DNA of 61,149 nucleotides, counting the filler, from Streblomastix strix (taxonomy: Eukaryota): the NCBI GenBank assembly GCA_008636045.1. It is 4 parts of 4 records of this genome, joined end to end, with 100 filler letters (N's around TTAATTAATTAA, not from the genome) between each part and the next. Parts side by side here need not be neighbours in the genome. Positions count along the whole stretch, not along the records: positions 30,649 to 45,853 come from SNRW01001019.1; positions 45,954 to 61,149 come from SNRW01001020.1; 2 more parts are not named here. The stretch is one strand, 5' to 3'. A program made the translations under genes and the position numbers. Below are positions 40,362 to 53,106 of this stretch, piece by piece. The notes below the pieces were generated by a model. It saw nothing but the letters and a program-made list of their open reading frames with translations. It was not told where the DNA came from and did not search any database. Each line of letters opens with the position of its first letter. Positions within the stretch are counted from its first letter, which is position 1.

Positions 40362-40860
40362 TCATCCTTCAATCTAACTTATCACTTCATCAAATGTGTT
40401 ATTAACATCATAGACAGATGAACCTCCATTAGCAGGTCCAAACAACCAGAAAGTATCATGTATTGGGCATAGAATTGGTGGAGGTTGCCTTCTACCCATT
40501 AGATCAACATTATAATAACAATCTATATTACCTTGATAAATTGGTGCTTCTCTTAATTCTACCGACACATTTTAATTCTGAGTATCTAATCCATCAAATA
40601 TTAAAACACCATTACTATTATGTTCACATTATAAAGTGATCATAAATGAAGTAAGATCAATATGAGGATTCAATCTCCTCGAAGCTGTGTTTCTTGGTGT
40701 TGTCAAAGCATCTTCGAATTCATCAGTTGCTTCGAATAATAGACCCAAATTACTTGCATTCAATTATATTTAGAAGAATTATTAATCTAGAGTATTCATT
40801 GGCATATTAGGGAAATTTCTTCCACAAGTAGTAACTTACATATTATACCTATGACATTGA
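40362..40860 (-). pseudogene. Putative major capsid protein, C-terminal fragment (Trichomonas Maverick-like)
   Basis: NMQVTTCGRNFP...FEATDEFEDALTTPR...FDGLDTQNQNVSVELR...PPPILCPIHDTFWLF. The assignment is from recalled similarity to metamonad Maverick capsids; the N-terminal part is missing. Confidence 0.6.
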
Positions 40861-41359
40861 TTTTATTCCATCAATAATTGAATTGACATGCCAGTCATCT
40901 ACAATGTTTCTCTTTCAATCACCGTTTACATCACTGGTTCTTCTCTTTAATGGGTTATAATCTGTATAATAAACAACTGCAATTTCAATATGAGTATTTC
41001 CTTTAATTGGTGTGATTTGATCAACAATTCCAATTGATGATCCTATATAAAATCCTTTTTCACTAATGTAACCCATTATATTTTGTTTATGAACTCCATA
41101 ATCACCTAACACTAATAAATATTTGTTAAATAGCCACAATTCATCAAGAAAGTCAGTGAACACAAAACCCATGAAATCTTCTCTAAAATATAGTCCAATG
41201 TTATATATTACTTTATTTCCTAATTAATAAAATTTAATTCCTCCATCATTGATATTATATGGAAGTAATGGTTATGTTAATGTATATAATTGAATTGTTA
41301 TCACCTCTGCAGCAACATGTATTAGTGTTTTTGTGTTGGAAGTTGAAATTAAACATTTA

Positions 41360-44340
41360 ATTTATCGTCATTGTCTTTCACTTAGTCTTGAAGATATTAT
41401 GGTCCAACAATGATTTGGTTAGCTATTCCGTCAATAATTGGTTTAGGTTCTCGCTCATGAATATAAGCAAATAATTCTGGGAATTCTAATAGACCTGCTG
41501 CATCAATTAATGCTTCATCAATGTATACATTGTTCATTTAATAGTCCAAAAATAAACAACTTCGTTGTCTGCCAATGGTAATATGAATTGAACCTATGTC
41601 GGAATGACGTCAAAATAAATTATTTTTTTTTGGTTTCAATTTCATTTAACCCATGTAGCTGATGCTCATTAAAAATAAGTATTGGTTGTTGATTTTAAGG
41701 TAATAAGTCCATTTGAATGATTAATTGATACATAACTTCCTTTATCAACAGTATGATTCGGAAATGGGATATGCGTTATAACAGCTACATCATCTTAAAC
41801 TAAGTAATGAGAGTTAAATGTTCCAGCATTGTAATTTCTTTTATTAGTGAATATTGAAAGTATATAAAGATTTCCAATTCTAATGAATTTATATTATATT
41901 GCTGCACTATTCATACCTCTAAATGCAGTTAATGTCTTATATTCAATCCCATCAAATGATGACAACAATCTGTCTCCACCTCCAGCTAGAAGAACTGATG
42001 TATCATCTTTACCTGTTTTAACAAATCCAGTAGCGTTAACATTTGTTTTGAAAGTCTTTGTTCGATTTATTGATTGGTTATTAGTAGTATTAACATAATT
42101 CGTTAGTTTTGCATCAACTTCTGACTAAGTCAAATATATATTTTCAACTGGATCTTATGTCCCATCATATGTTCCACCAAATATACTTACATATTTTAAT
42201 CTTCCTGTAATTGTTTATTGAATTGAACCTTCCCATATTACATATTTATTATCCAATTCTGTTCTTGAATAAGTTTCACTTTAATTATAATTATTTGATA
42301 AATCAGTTGGAGTACCAATAAATTCTGAAAGTGGCTTCGTAGTTCCATTCGCTAATAATACTTGCTAATCTGTACCTCATGATTTAATGAATTACGTTGC
42401 AGTTAGATTACCATTGATAGAACCGTTATAGATAGATGAAATGAATTCACTTTTACTGCTACTAATTTTATATAATCATTGTCTGTTACTTCAGGATATG
42501 GCTAATCAAGTGTTGTTTTTCGTAAAATTCCTTAAATATCTTATACATCACCATCTTTTTTTACATAATTTGAATTATCTATTGTGATAGTGAATTCTGA
42601 GATTAGTTTTGTTCCATCAGCTCCAAGTAATACAACAGTATTATCTGCACCAGATTTGATAAATATCGAACCTGTAATTGTTGACATTCCGTCTATAGTA
42701 TTTACGAATCTGCAACTATTATTAAATGTTTTATTTTCATTTATTATCCATGCTGTACCTAATGTAACATAATTAGATAGTTCGGTTTCATCTGCTTTTT
42801 CACATAATAACTCATTTGTTTTTGTTTTATTGTAATAATCAGTCAAATCGACATCTCTGACATGAATATCTGATATTAATTGATCAGTTTCTGTTTTGGT
42901 ATTGATTTCATCTATTGCATATGTTTCACTTTCGCTATAAGAAACTTTATAATCTGCTTTTTTATTTAAGAAACTATTTGTTTAAATTTTAGTGAATGAA
43001 TCTATCAGTTAAGTCTTATCAGCTTTCAACAGTAGTAATGCATCATTTTCACCTTTTATATAGACCTCGTCTCTGGCATAAATTTCACCTTTAATGTATG
43101 AATCTATCAATTATGTTTTATCAACTTTCAATAACAATAAAGCATCATTCTCTGATTTTGAATATGAGCACTTTAAAAAATCTGCAATTGATCATACTCC
43201 ACTTCCAGCAAGAAAAACAGAGTTATTATCGTATCCTGAGTATTAAATGCCATTAGAAATAATAGTACTTGTAAATTTTTTCATCCCAGTAATAGATTGA
43301 TCAAATCAAGTAGTAACAAAAATATTATTTTTCGCAAGTGTTAATGCGTTTCCATCAATTGATATATCTGTTATTGCATTACCACTTCCAGTTGCTGCAC
43401 CTAGAGTTTTGATAACATTACTCATATCAGGTAATTCTGTTTCTAGTATTTTAAGTTAGATCTATATCATCAATAATCAGTAACTTCCTTATCAACAATG
43501 TATAATTCATCTCCAATTACAAATTTTGATATATTGTCATGAATAGCTATCCAGTCATTCAGCTCCCCTTATGTTGAGAATACTTATGCTTTTGATTTTC
43601 CAGTAGCAATATCTATAACTTCTTATAATTATGGCTGTATTACTAATGAACTTGCTAACATATTTCCTCCTCCTGCAAGATGAATATAAGCATTATTTTT
43701 TACACTACTTTGATATGCTTGAACCACTAACTATCCTGAATTATTTTATTCCTGTTATTGTTAGTGCAGAAGTTAAATTAACATAATTTGTTAAATCTGT
43801 AACATCAGCTTTTAATAATAGAAAACCATCTTCTGATTTAGAATATGCATCGATTAGTTCTGTTTCATCTGCTTTCAAAAGTAAGAGTGCATCATCTTCT
43901 GTCTTGGGGTAAATATCAGTTTAATCAGCTTTCAATAATAGTAGTGTATCATCTTCTGTCTTGGAATAACTATCCACAAGATCTATATTATTAACTTTCA
44001 ATAATAGAAGAGATTCATCTTCAGATTTAGAACACTAATCAATTAGATCAGTTTTATCAGCTTTCAAGAGTATGAATGCATCATCTTCTTTCATAGAATA
44101 AGAATCAGTTTTATCTGCATTCAATAATAGAAGAGCATCATCTTCTGATTTGGAATATGAGCAAATTAGTTCAGATTTATCAGCTTTCAAGAATAATAGT
44201 GCATCATCATCTGTATCGGAATAAGTGTAAGTTTTATCAGCTTTCAATAATAAGAGTGCATTGTCTTCTGTCTTGAAATAACTATCCACAATATCAGCAA
44301 CATTAGCTTTCAATAATAGAAGAGAATCCAACTACTGTTT
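41360..44340 (-). pseudogene. Repeat-rich fibre-like protein, decayed
   Basis: Tandem KADKTELIDSYSKSEDDALLLL-type repeats (43790-44340, 42900-43170), plus YVTLGTA..I...KTF and FVKTGKDDTSVLLAGGG modules; multiple frameshifts. Confidence 0.6.
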
Positions 44341-45389
44341 ATCATATGATTCTCGTACGTTTTGTAAAATAATAATTTGTTAATTAATGTTTTGAACTTA
44401 TTCTGCAAATCCAACCTTATTAGATCTACTATTCCCAAATAATATTTCATCATGAATTTAAATAATATCGGTAACATGTGCTTCACTTTGTGCAATTTTT
44501 TCAAAAATAAACAACTTGAACTAAACGGCAGCAAAGCTAGTGGAGTAAATACTCTCAAATATTATTTAGAACTGCTAATAATCCTTACGACACTTCTTAC
44601 ATCACTCTTGAAAATATCTCATTTAAGTCGAAAATAGATGTTAATTTTCTTTCTTTCTGCAGACATAACTTATAAGTGTTTGTTAACAGATTAATTTAAT
44701 TTTCATCTAATGCATGAATATTTACATTTCCAATACTGATCTAAGTTTATATTATAGTACCGTCATTCATGAATCTAGTGCAGCATGTACTAACATCTTC
44801 ATTCAGTTGAACTTATTATTCATTGATATCAAATGTATATGCAACAACTCGAATGAGCTAAGATTCAGATAAAGTGAAATTGGTTGATTCTTTTAACTTA
44901 TGTTCATCCTCGCTATTATATTCAATAACCATTTACATGTCGATGAATCAGCAGTTAATTTATTTTCAAATATTGAGCTTCTTCTTCTACTGGATTGTCA
45001 TAGAGAATCAAAAGATATTTATTAATTTTTTTCAAATGGTGAACATTCTTCTATAACTGTGGGGATTGATGTCTATGATGATCTTGGAGATAAAATTTAC
45101 GCCATTTTGTTTGAACAAAAATAAATTACATATATTCTCAATTAAACATAAATAAATATACTTCAAAGTGATCTTTTTTTTATGAATATCTCTTTCTTCA
45201 CCTTTTACAAGTTCGTTTATTACATCAAACGCACTGGCTATCAAAAGCAGATTAGCTATTTCAACTAATGCTTTGATTATTAATGATGTACTAACTATGA
45301 TTTCAAATATCATTTTCAATTAGATAAATAATAAATTTAAGTCAATTATGCTTCTGTATGATCTTTTATTCTAAATCTGTTGACAACCA

Positions 45390-45659
45390 TTCCAACATAA
45401 AACTCATATCATCTTCTTTAAAGTTATGATTAGATAATAATTTCATTAACTATTTTTGCACAGTGTTATTTCTACTGTAAATTTAGGCTTTTTTTTATGC
45501 ATATCTTCTCTTTGTTGCTAACTATTATTTGCGTATTACTTCCTTTCTATCATCATCATTGAAGTATTTCTTTGGCCTTCTAACTGATCTTTTTTCAATT
45601 TATTAATAAATTTATTCACTTTCAGCTTCATTGATTTTAGTTTAGATTGTTGTTTCCAT
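45390..45659 (-). CDS. Small basic AT-hook-like protein (KRSVRRPKKYFNDDDRKE)
   Basis: ATG 45659 METTIQTKINEAESE; motif similar to the genes at 14069 and 54293. 3' end approximate. Confidence 0.5.
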
Positions 45660-45853
45660 TTCAATAATAATAATAAAAAATAAATTCATAATTTAATTTA
45701 AAGTATTATTTATATTCATTATTTAATTCATTTATTTTAAAATATTTTAATATTTTTAATATACATTTATTAATTCTATAACTTTCAGTGTGGCGATATT
45801 ACAGATTCATGAAAGTTGGAATAATTTTTTTTTGCTCGTTTGTTTTGAAATTC

Positions 45854-45953
45854 NNNNNNNNNNNNNNNNNNNNNNNNNNNNNNNNNNNNNNNNNNNNTTA
45901 ATTAATTAANNNNNNNNNNNNNNNNNNNNNNNNNNNNNNNNNNNNNNNNNNNN
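45854..45953. other. Artificial contig linker
   Basis: Ns + TTAATTAATTAA. Confidence 0.97.
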
Positions 45954-46199
45954 AATGATAAATAGATTATAATATCAAATGTTTCGTTGATTTTATTTAT
46001 TTAAATTAATTGTTATTTTATCTGTATTTTTATATTTATTTTACAATTAATTTTACTGAGTAATAATATTATTCTTATTTTAATTGAATAAACAATACAT
46101 TTAACATAATAATTAAAATATCTTTCATCTTTCTTGAAAAAAAATAATCTCCAAATAAAGTTTATGAGTTTGTGAAAGTAAAATTGGGGCAGAATTTGG

Positions 46200-47440
46200 C
46201 TTTTCAAGATTATCTGCTAATCTACTGCAGTTCAATATAAGTGTTTCAGTACCCCATCCAGATACAGCTAGAATCTTAGCACATTCACCAATCTAACTTT
46301 CGCCTTGAATACAATCAAACTTACATTAGTTTCTCTAAATTCAAATGCAGAAACAGTGCCTGTTCGTAGCTGGTTTTTATTAGCAGCAGCTGGTAATGAC
46401 TATATTTGTATTACATTCTTCAAATTGAGTGCTTTCATGTCAATTCGTGGGTATAATGTATGAGCTGATATTGTTGGTGGTATTAAATTGTGTTTCAAAG
46501 CATATGCAACTTTGATCTATGACACAATTCCAGCTGCAGGTTCCAGATGTCCAACATTTGACTTTACAGATCCAACAATAATTGGTCTTCCCCTTTAACG
46601 ACCTACATTCAGATTACGCCTTATTGATTTACATTCAACTGGATCACTAACAAGTGTACCTGTATCATGTGCTTATATATAGTTCTCTTCAGATGGAAAT
46701 ACATTTGATTAACAAAGCACTCGATCAAACAACCATACTTATAATTCTCCGGATAGAGATGCCAATAACTGCTCCATTAAACCGTTAGAATATGTTGCAG
46801 TACCTCGAATAACAACCAATATTCTATTTTCATTTCTTTCAGCATTTGAGAGTTGTTAGAGTAATATCATTCCAGAACCTTCAGATCTCACATATCCATT
46901 GGCTGAAGCACCAAAAGCTTTGCATTATCCATCTGGTGAACGTACTCACAGTCTGCTGAATCGAATTGTAATCTCAAGAATTCTTATCAGATTAACTGTA
47001 CCACATAAAGCTGATCTACATTCACCATTACGAATTCTCTGACATGCGCAGTTCAATGAAAAAAGTGTGGATGAGCATGTTGTATCTATTATGAATGAAG
47101 GACCCAAAAGATTATAGAAATAAGAAAGTCTATTAACTATTATTGATGAAGATATTCCAATTGGTGTGTGAGCATCAAATGTGTTGACATTAAGGAATTA
47201 TAAGAATGAGTAATTTGTTGCTAAGATTCCAACATGTACTTCTGTTTTGATCCATTCATTTCAGGCAGAGTAATGCTTACATCTTCAAATGTCTCATATG
47301 CAACTTCAAAAGATAATCTTTAGTGAGAATCCAGAAGTTTGAATTCATGTGGCAAGAAGTATTAGAATTGCAATTCAATTTCGCCATTTTCATATCCTTT
47401 GAGCCATCCGCTTTTGCCAAATATCATCTTTCCAGCAAAA
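46200..47440 (-). pseudogene. Type I polyketide/fatty-acid synthase ketosynthase (KS) domain
   Basis: LLDSHQRL, NRLSYFYNLLGPSFIIDTTCSS, SPDGQCKAFGASANGYVRSEG, AHDTGTLVSDPVE, GSVKSNVGHLEPAAG; internal TGA and frameshifts. Confidence 0.92.
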
Positions 47441-48487
47441 ACTTTAATATAATGGTTTGCAAAAATATAAAATAGAAGAAAAAATATTATTTATAATAAA
47501 AATAATTGAACATAATGTAAGAAAATAGGAAATAAAAAATAGAATATTTATAAAAATTTCTTTATTGTTCATTATCATTTAGTTAGGTAATAAATTTATA
47601 TACAGAAAAATAAATAAAACATATTTAAATGTTTTTTCATAAGTTTAAATTTTGGTTGAGAAATAAATTTCAATATTTTTATATTTTTGATTTGTTCCTC
47701 ACGATTTAGCTAACGTATAAATAAAAATATATTAAATTATATTTTAATATATTTATCATTAATTTATATTAAGAATTAAACTAAATTGCAAAAGAAATTA
47801 TTTGTGGATAAAGAAATATAAACGTTTTTGTCAGATAATTATCAAAAGTCAAATTTTATATGTATGGATAAATAAATTTCAACATAATTGGAAAATTAAA
47901 AAATAATATGTACATATAGATGAAAATTAAATATAAGACCAATACAATTATTTAATACATGCAATAATCAGCATTGAGTGATTTTATCTAAGGTTCCACG
48001 CAGCCTGCGCTGCACTAAAAATTACGTTAGCGTATTATTCATTACATGTACATGCAGTTACAAATGATAAACCAATGAAATTTTGAAATTTTAACATGTC
48101 CAAAGAATTAAATCTTCGAGTTTTTCTGAGCTTCTCCTGAACCGATGAGCTTATAATTTTAGTTTAGAAAAAAAATGCATTTTTTATTTTCGACATTCTA
48201 CTTGTTGTATTAATTTCAACCAAATCGAATCAATAAGTTTGAAAACTGAAAAGTGTTCCCAGTTGTGAAGAAAGTACCCAGTTGTGAAATGACCCTATAT
48301 TTATTATTATTTTATTGTTTAATAAAACTCGGTATAAATAATGAAACATTCTATATTTGTTTGTTATAAAATATGTGTTAATGATATGAGCTGATTCGAA
48401 ATATAGGTGAATTAGATTAATTAATCCTATTTAATTTTGTTTATATTATTAATTTTGTTATTCTTTATTTGTTCAAATTCATTTCAT

Positions 48488-50420
48488 TCACCAATCAACT
48501 GCTTTCTCATTTTCTAGTTTCTTCGCTGTTGGAGCACTCAATTCTTTCACTGATACAATTGCAACTGAGGAATCTTTGTAGTATAATTCATACTTTAATA
48601 AAATTAATAATATTAATATAAAATAAAAAAATAAATAATTAAACCCAGAATTTCACAACTTCTTTGATTCCTCTCACAAACACTGGTTGTTGAATTCCAT
48701 CCACAAAGAAGTGCAGTGTTCCAACATCTGCATTGAGTTCCATTGCAAGCAACTAACCATCTCTGAATTTGGAATTGCCTTCAGTTTAGACTTCTTTGAA
48801 CCAAACATTTCCATAACTTCAATAACATATAAAGATAAATAAAATAATAAATTAATTAATTATCAATTAATATTAAGATTAGTATTTTAGCATACCATCC
48901 ATAATAAAAAAGCATGCTCTTATTATCTATAAAAATGTTACAATATACAAATAATAATATATTATTTTAATAAATAATTTTATTAATATTTCAAACTTTA
49001 ATCTTTTTTTGGTTTGCATGGACATGGAATTGCGTGAGAAGCTTTTGCAATCCCAACATATACATCTGAAAATCCTTTATAATTGCTTTTTTTCGAACTT
49101 TGTAGAAACACTGTGAATTCCTTTGTATATTTCTTTATTAAGAGGAATAACAACGCATTATCTATCTTAAAGTGCAAATGCTTTCCTATTCAGTCCATCT
49201 ACTCGCTCAAGTCTAATATATTATCCAGTTGTATCAGGATTGGAAAGTTAGGATGTTTTATCTGAATAATATTTATAAAGAAATAAAATAATTAAAATAA
49301 AAGAAAATTTATTACCTTCTTATGTTGAATCAGCAACAAGAGAAATTTGAGGATTTAGAACTGGAATATTGCGAAGTTCAGTTATTTCAGTTTGAAGACG
49401 TTAATTCTCTGTTTCTTTTGCTCTTAATTGTTCCAAAGCTTATCTTTTTTACTCTTATTCATCTATCAATCTTTATTCAGCAATTCGAGTTTATTCATCT
49501 TTTTGATGAATTTATTCTTCCAATTCTCGAATTCTATCTTATGCCTATTGAAGTTCAATTTGAGTGGAATCGTCATCAATTTCTGTTGACTCACCTTCCA
49601 TAACAATTTAGATTTATTAAATTGCTAATTTGATTGGACGAGGTAATTTCATTTTCATTATTCGCGAACAGCAATTTTTCAATTATTTCGATTTCTTGAT
49701 TGATTCTTCATTGTTTTTAAGAACTTTATCAACAACTTCAACAATATTTAAAATAATTATTTGAGGAACAATATCAGATGTTTATGAAGAAGATGAAGAA
49801 GATGAAGAAGATGATGGAAAAGTCAAATCAAGTGTTTCTGAACATTTATCAAACAATCCAAGTTCAATAAGTGCTTTTGATATTTCTGGATTTGTTCTAA
49901 TAGCATCGATCAATGACGATTTCCCTGTTTTCGATATTTATTCATCTTTGTTCTAAATATTAAAAAAAAATAATAAAAATAAATTTAAATAATTTATAAA
50001 CAAACAAATAGTAATTAAATCAATGGTGAAAGAATTGTTTGCCAATCGGTTGATTATCCAACTTCACATCCACGCTGTTCAATAATATGAATAATTGTAC
50101 TGCAGAACGCCTATCAATATAAAATATAATTAAATATTAAATATTAAAAATAATTGATTATTTAATTTTTATACTCTTATTTTCGCATTTTTAGTTTCAT
50201 TCATCAGAGCAGATAAAGCTTCAATAACTCCACTTTCTGAAACAATTCCATGCCATTCTTCACTTTCAACTGAAATAATTTATAATATAATATAATATAA
50301 ATAAATAAATAAATTTGCATACAGCACAGAGCAAGTCCAATAAGATCAGTAAGTGACTTTATTTTATCATCATCTGAAATCTCCTTAAGACGCAATCTCC
50401 CCGAATGAAATACTATCTGT
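48488..50420 (-). CDS. Multi-exon host gene with coiled coil and C-terminal SPRY/B30.2-like domain (may be a pseudogene)
   Basis: GNSKFRDGQLLAMELNADVGTLHFFVDGIQQPVFVRGI...EKAVDW-TGA; GT-AG introns. Confidence 0.65.
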
Positions 50421-51294
50421 GTTTTTCTCTGATATTTAAATATATATTTTTAAAATAATATATTTGCATTACAAATTTATTTAGCGTGAAAAAATAGGAT
50501 AATTTTAAAAAAATTCAAAAGGAAAATATCATAGTAAAAGTAACTTAATAATAAAAATATTATTTAAAGAATATAATAATATTTGAATTAAAAAACAATT
50601 AATAAAAAAATTCTAAAATTTAATTAAATTTAAAGGTAAAATTGAAATAATAATAAAAATTTATTTTTTTGTCTTTCATACATCTCCATTATCTTATCCC
50701 TGTATAAGAATTGATTGTTGTATATTTTATCCACCTTATGCACGAATTGAAGGATCTTCCATTTCTTCGTCGGTGAGAATTCAAGTTGAATAAATGAAAT
50801 TTTTTCAATCATAATTCGCTTCAATTTATTAATAAATTTTATCTAAAATAAATGTAATATTTTTATTAAATAATAATATGTTAACAGTAAATTATTCTAC
50901 TCATTTTTCAAAAATAATATTTATTCTTGTTTTTCTTGAGAATTATTCTATCAATTTAATATTAAATCAATTAAATTTTATTTATTTTCTGAGCTATAAC
51001 AAAATTTGAAACCAAACAAAGTTTCTTCACTATTTTTATCAATTTCATTATTTTTTTAATAATTTTGTCAATACTCGATTATGAAACAATAATATTTTAT
51101 TTTTTACTCAATATTTATTATATATGCTTTTTTACAACACAATAAATTTTTTGTTATTTGAAAATTCTATGATGCAATAGAAATAATGAACATACAATTT
51201 TAATTTTTAATCATTTTAGTTTATTGCAATAAATTTATATTTACATTTATCTTTGTTTTTTAATTCTTCCAGAAAATAATTTTTTTAACATAAA

Positions 51295-51468
51295 ATGTTC
51301 AAATATGAAGTTATCAGAACCCATGCTGGTTGTTTGAACTAATTTCTTTTCTATTTTTTTTTAAATTGCATTTTCTTTCTCACCCAGGGGCCTATGGAAT
51401 CGTCCTTAAATGCAGAAACGAAAAGAGCTGAGAACTTGTAGCAGTTATGAAATTCAGAGGAGATGGTG
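51295..51468 (+). pseudogene. CDKL-type protein kinase N-terminal remnant
   Basis: MFKYEVIRTH...[intron]...GAYGIVLKCRNEKS*ELVAVMKF; internal TGA and no downstream kinase exons seen. Confidence 0.7.
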
Positions 51469-52720
51469 GTTTGTTGTACAATAATTAAGTCATTAATTAC
51501 TTAATGCATGGAAATTGCCGTCGTTTGGCTTCCTGTGTTTATTCGATTTTAATAATTTTATTTTTTTAAAAAAACAAAAATGAAAATAAATTTCTACCAT
51601 TTTTATAAATTTGTTGAATTTTATAATAATCGAAATATTTGTTATTAAATTAAAATTTAAAAGTTAAATTACCATTAATTGCAAAATCTACACATCTTAC
51701 TAAAAATATAGTTTTAAATAAATATTTAATTGATATTAATTTTTAATTTCATTTATTATAAATTCTATATTTTTACAGGTTCATTCTAGTTTATTTAAAA
51801 AATTTATCAAATTTCTAAGAATTGGGCCTTATCAAAAATTAATCGAAAATTAAACCAATGTGCGATAAATTAAACAACTGTTTGGGCATTCGTTATTTCA
51901 GTGACTTCTGGGCGTTTGCAATTATATTGCTCTTTAGAAATATTATATATTTATAAATATTCTTTTTGTTTGTTTATTGCGGCGTGGTTATTTATTTTTT
52001 AAATTAATATTAGTCTTAATCTGACAGTAGTAGCTGCACAAGCACTTTTTACCTGAACGATCTTGGTTAACAATCTCTGGAAAGCGAAGAACTGAAAGAA
52101 TGAATAAAGCTGAAATTATGCCTTATCTAATAAGGCGAGAGTAGTATACAAAGAAGAAGTTTGCCGAATGTTAAAAAGCATTCATTTTCAGATCAATCTG
52201 CCCACGCTAATTGAATAGGTGTAGCAAATTGAGTTATTTATCAATGATTTTTAACATACGGCAGCCAATCATTTATATAATTATTGAATAAACGTTCATA
52301 TATACATTAATCCACCACAATGATGTGAATCATTAATAAATAAACGTTGATCCATATAATTAATCCATATTATTAATCCTGTGCTCGGTTATTGGGGATT
52401 ATTCAAAATCATTTACGATTTGAACAATTGGTTATAATAAATGTGTATCATTAATTGTATAGTTAATCCTTATGATTTTCCTGTGTTACTACTTAATAAA
52501 TAAAAAAAAATAAGAGCAGTAATGAGAAATGTTAATATTTTTATTATACTGTGTTTTGTAGCACGTAGTATTGTTTATTTGTTTTGAGTTTTGGTTTAAT
52601 AATATAAAATAATAATATACGTTGATGTATTAAATTTAATTTGTTTTGTAATTACAAAAATACAACGTTTTGAGATTTTTCAAATAATAATATTAAAAAT
52701 ATTTTACGAAAAAGTTAAAT

Positions 52721-52937
52721 AAAAACCGTCATTGGAGGAAGTTGCCACTACCCCCTCAGGTACCTGTCACAGCTGTGATATTAGGAATCTGTATTTTTGA
52801 TGTGTACAGATGCTTAGCGGAGCTCAAACCGTAGGTTTCCTCAATGTTTACCAACATTGGCTATATGGGGGAATCAAACTTGTCCACTGAAGAGGTAGTT
52901 TCAGTGTAGCAGCACCCTACGCTACGACCCCAGCGAC
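52721..52937 (-). ncRNA. Candidate Pol III-type structured RNA (VA RNA-like)
   Basis: GC-rich island with box A-like TAGCGTAGGG at +14, box B-like GTTTGATTC at +59 and a T5 run at the end; 5' and 3' arms are complementary with G-U pairs on this strand. Confidence 0.45.
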
Positions 52938-53106
52938 AAAAGCATTAATAAAAAATTCCAATTTAAATAAAATAAATTATATTAGTTACAATGTCATATT
53001 TAATTATTTGAGATTTCAAACAATTTTTTTTTTAAATTTTTTGAAAGGATTATTATCATTAATAATTACATAAAATAAATATAAAAATAAATTAGCAAAT
53101 TTATAA

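Noticed and set aside
50630..50824. Possible recombinase or other gene fragment
   Set aside because: No recognisable motif; too short to support a call.
52860..52932. tRNA gene (GGGGTCGTAGC...GTTTGATTCCCCCA on the minus strand)
   Set aside because: No T-stem or cloverleaf can be formed; kept only as A/B-box-like promoter elements.
52885..52940. Hammerhead ribozyme (CTGAAGA core on the plus strand)
   Set aside because: No correctly placed GAAA or stem II/III.
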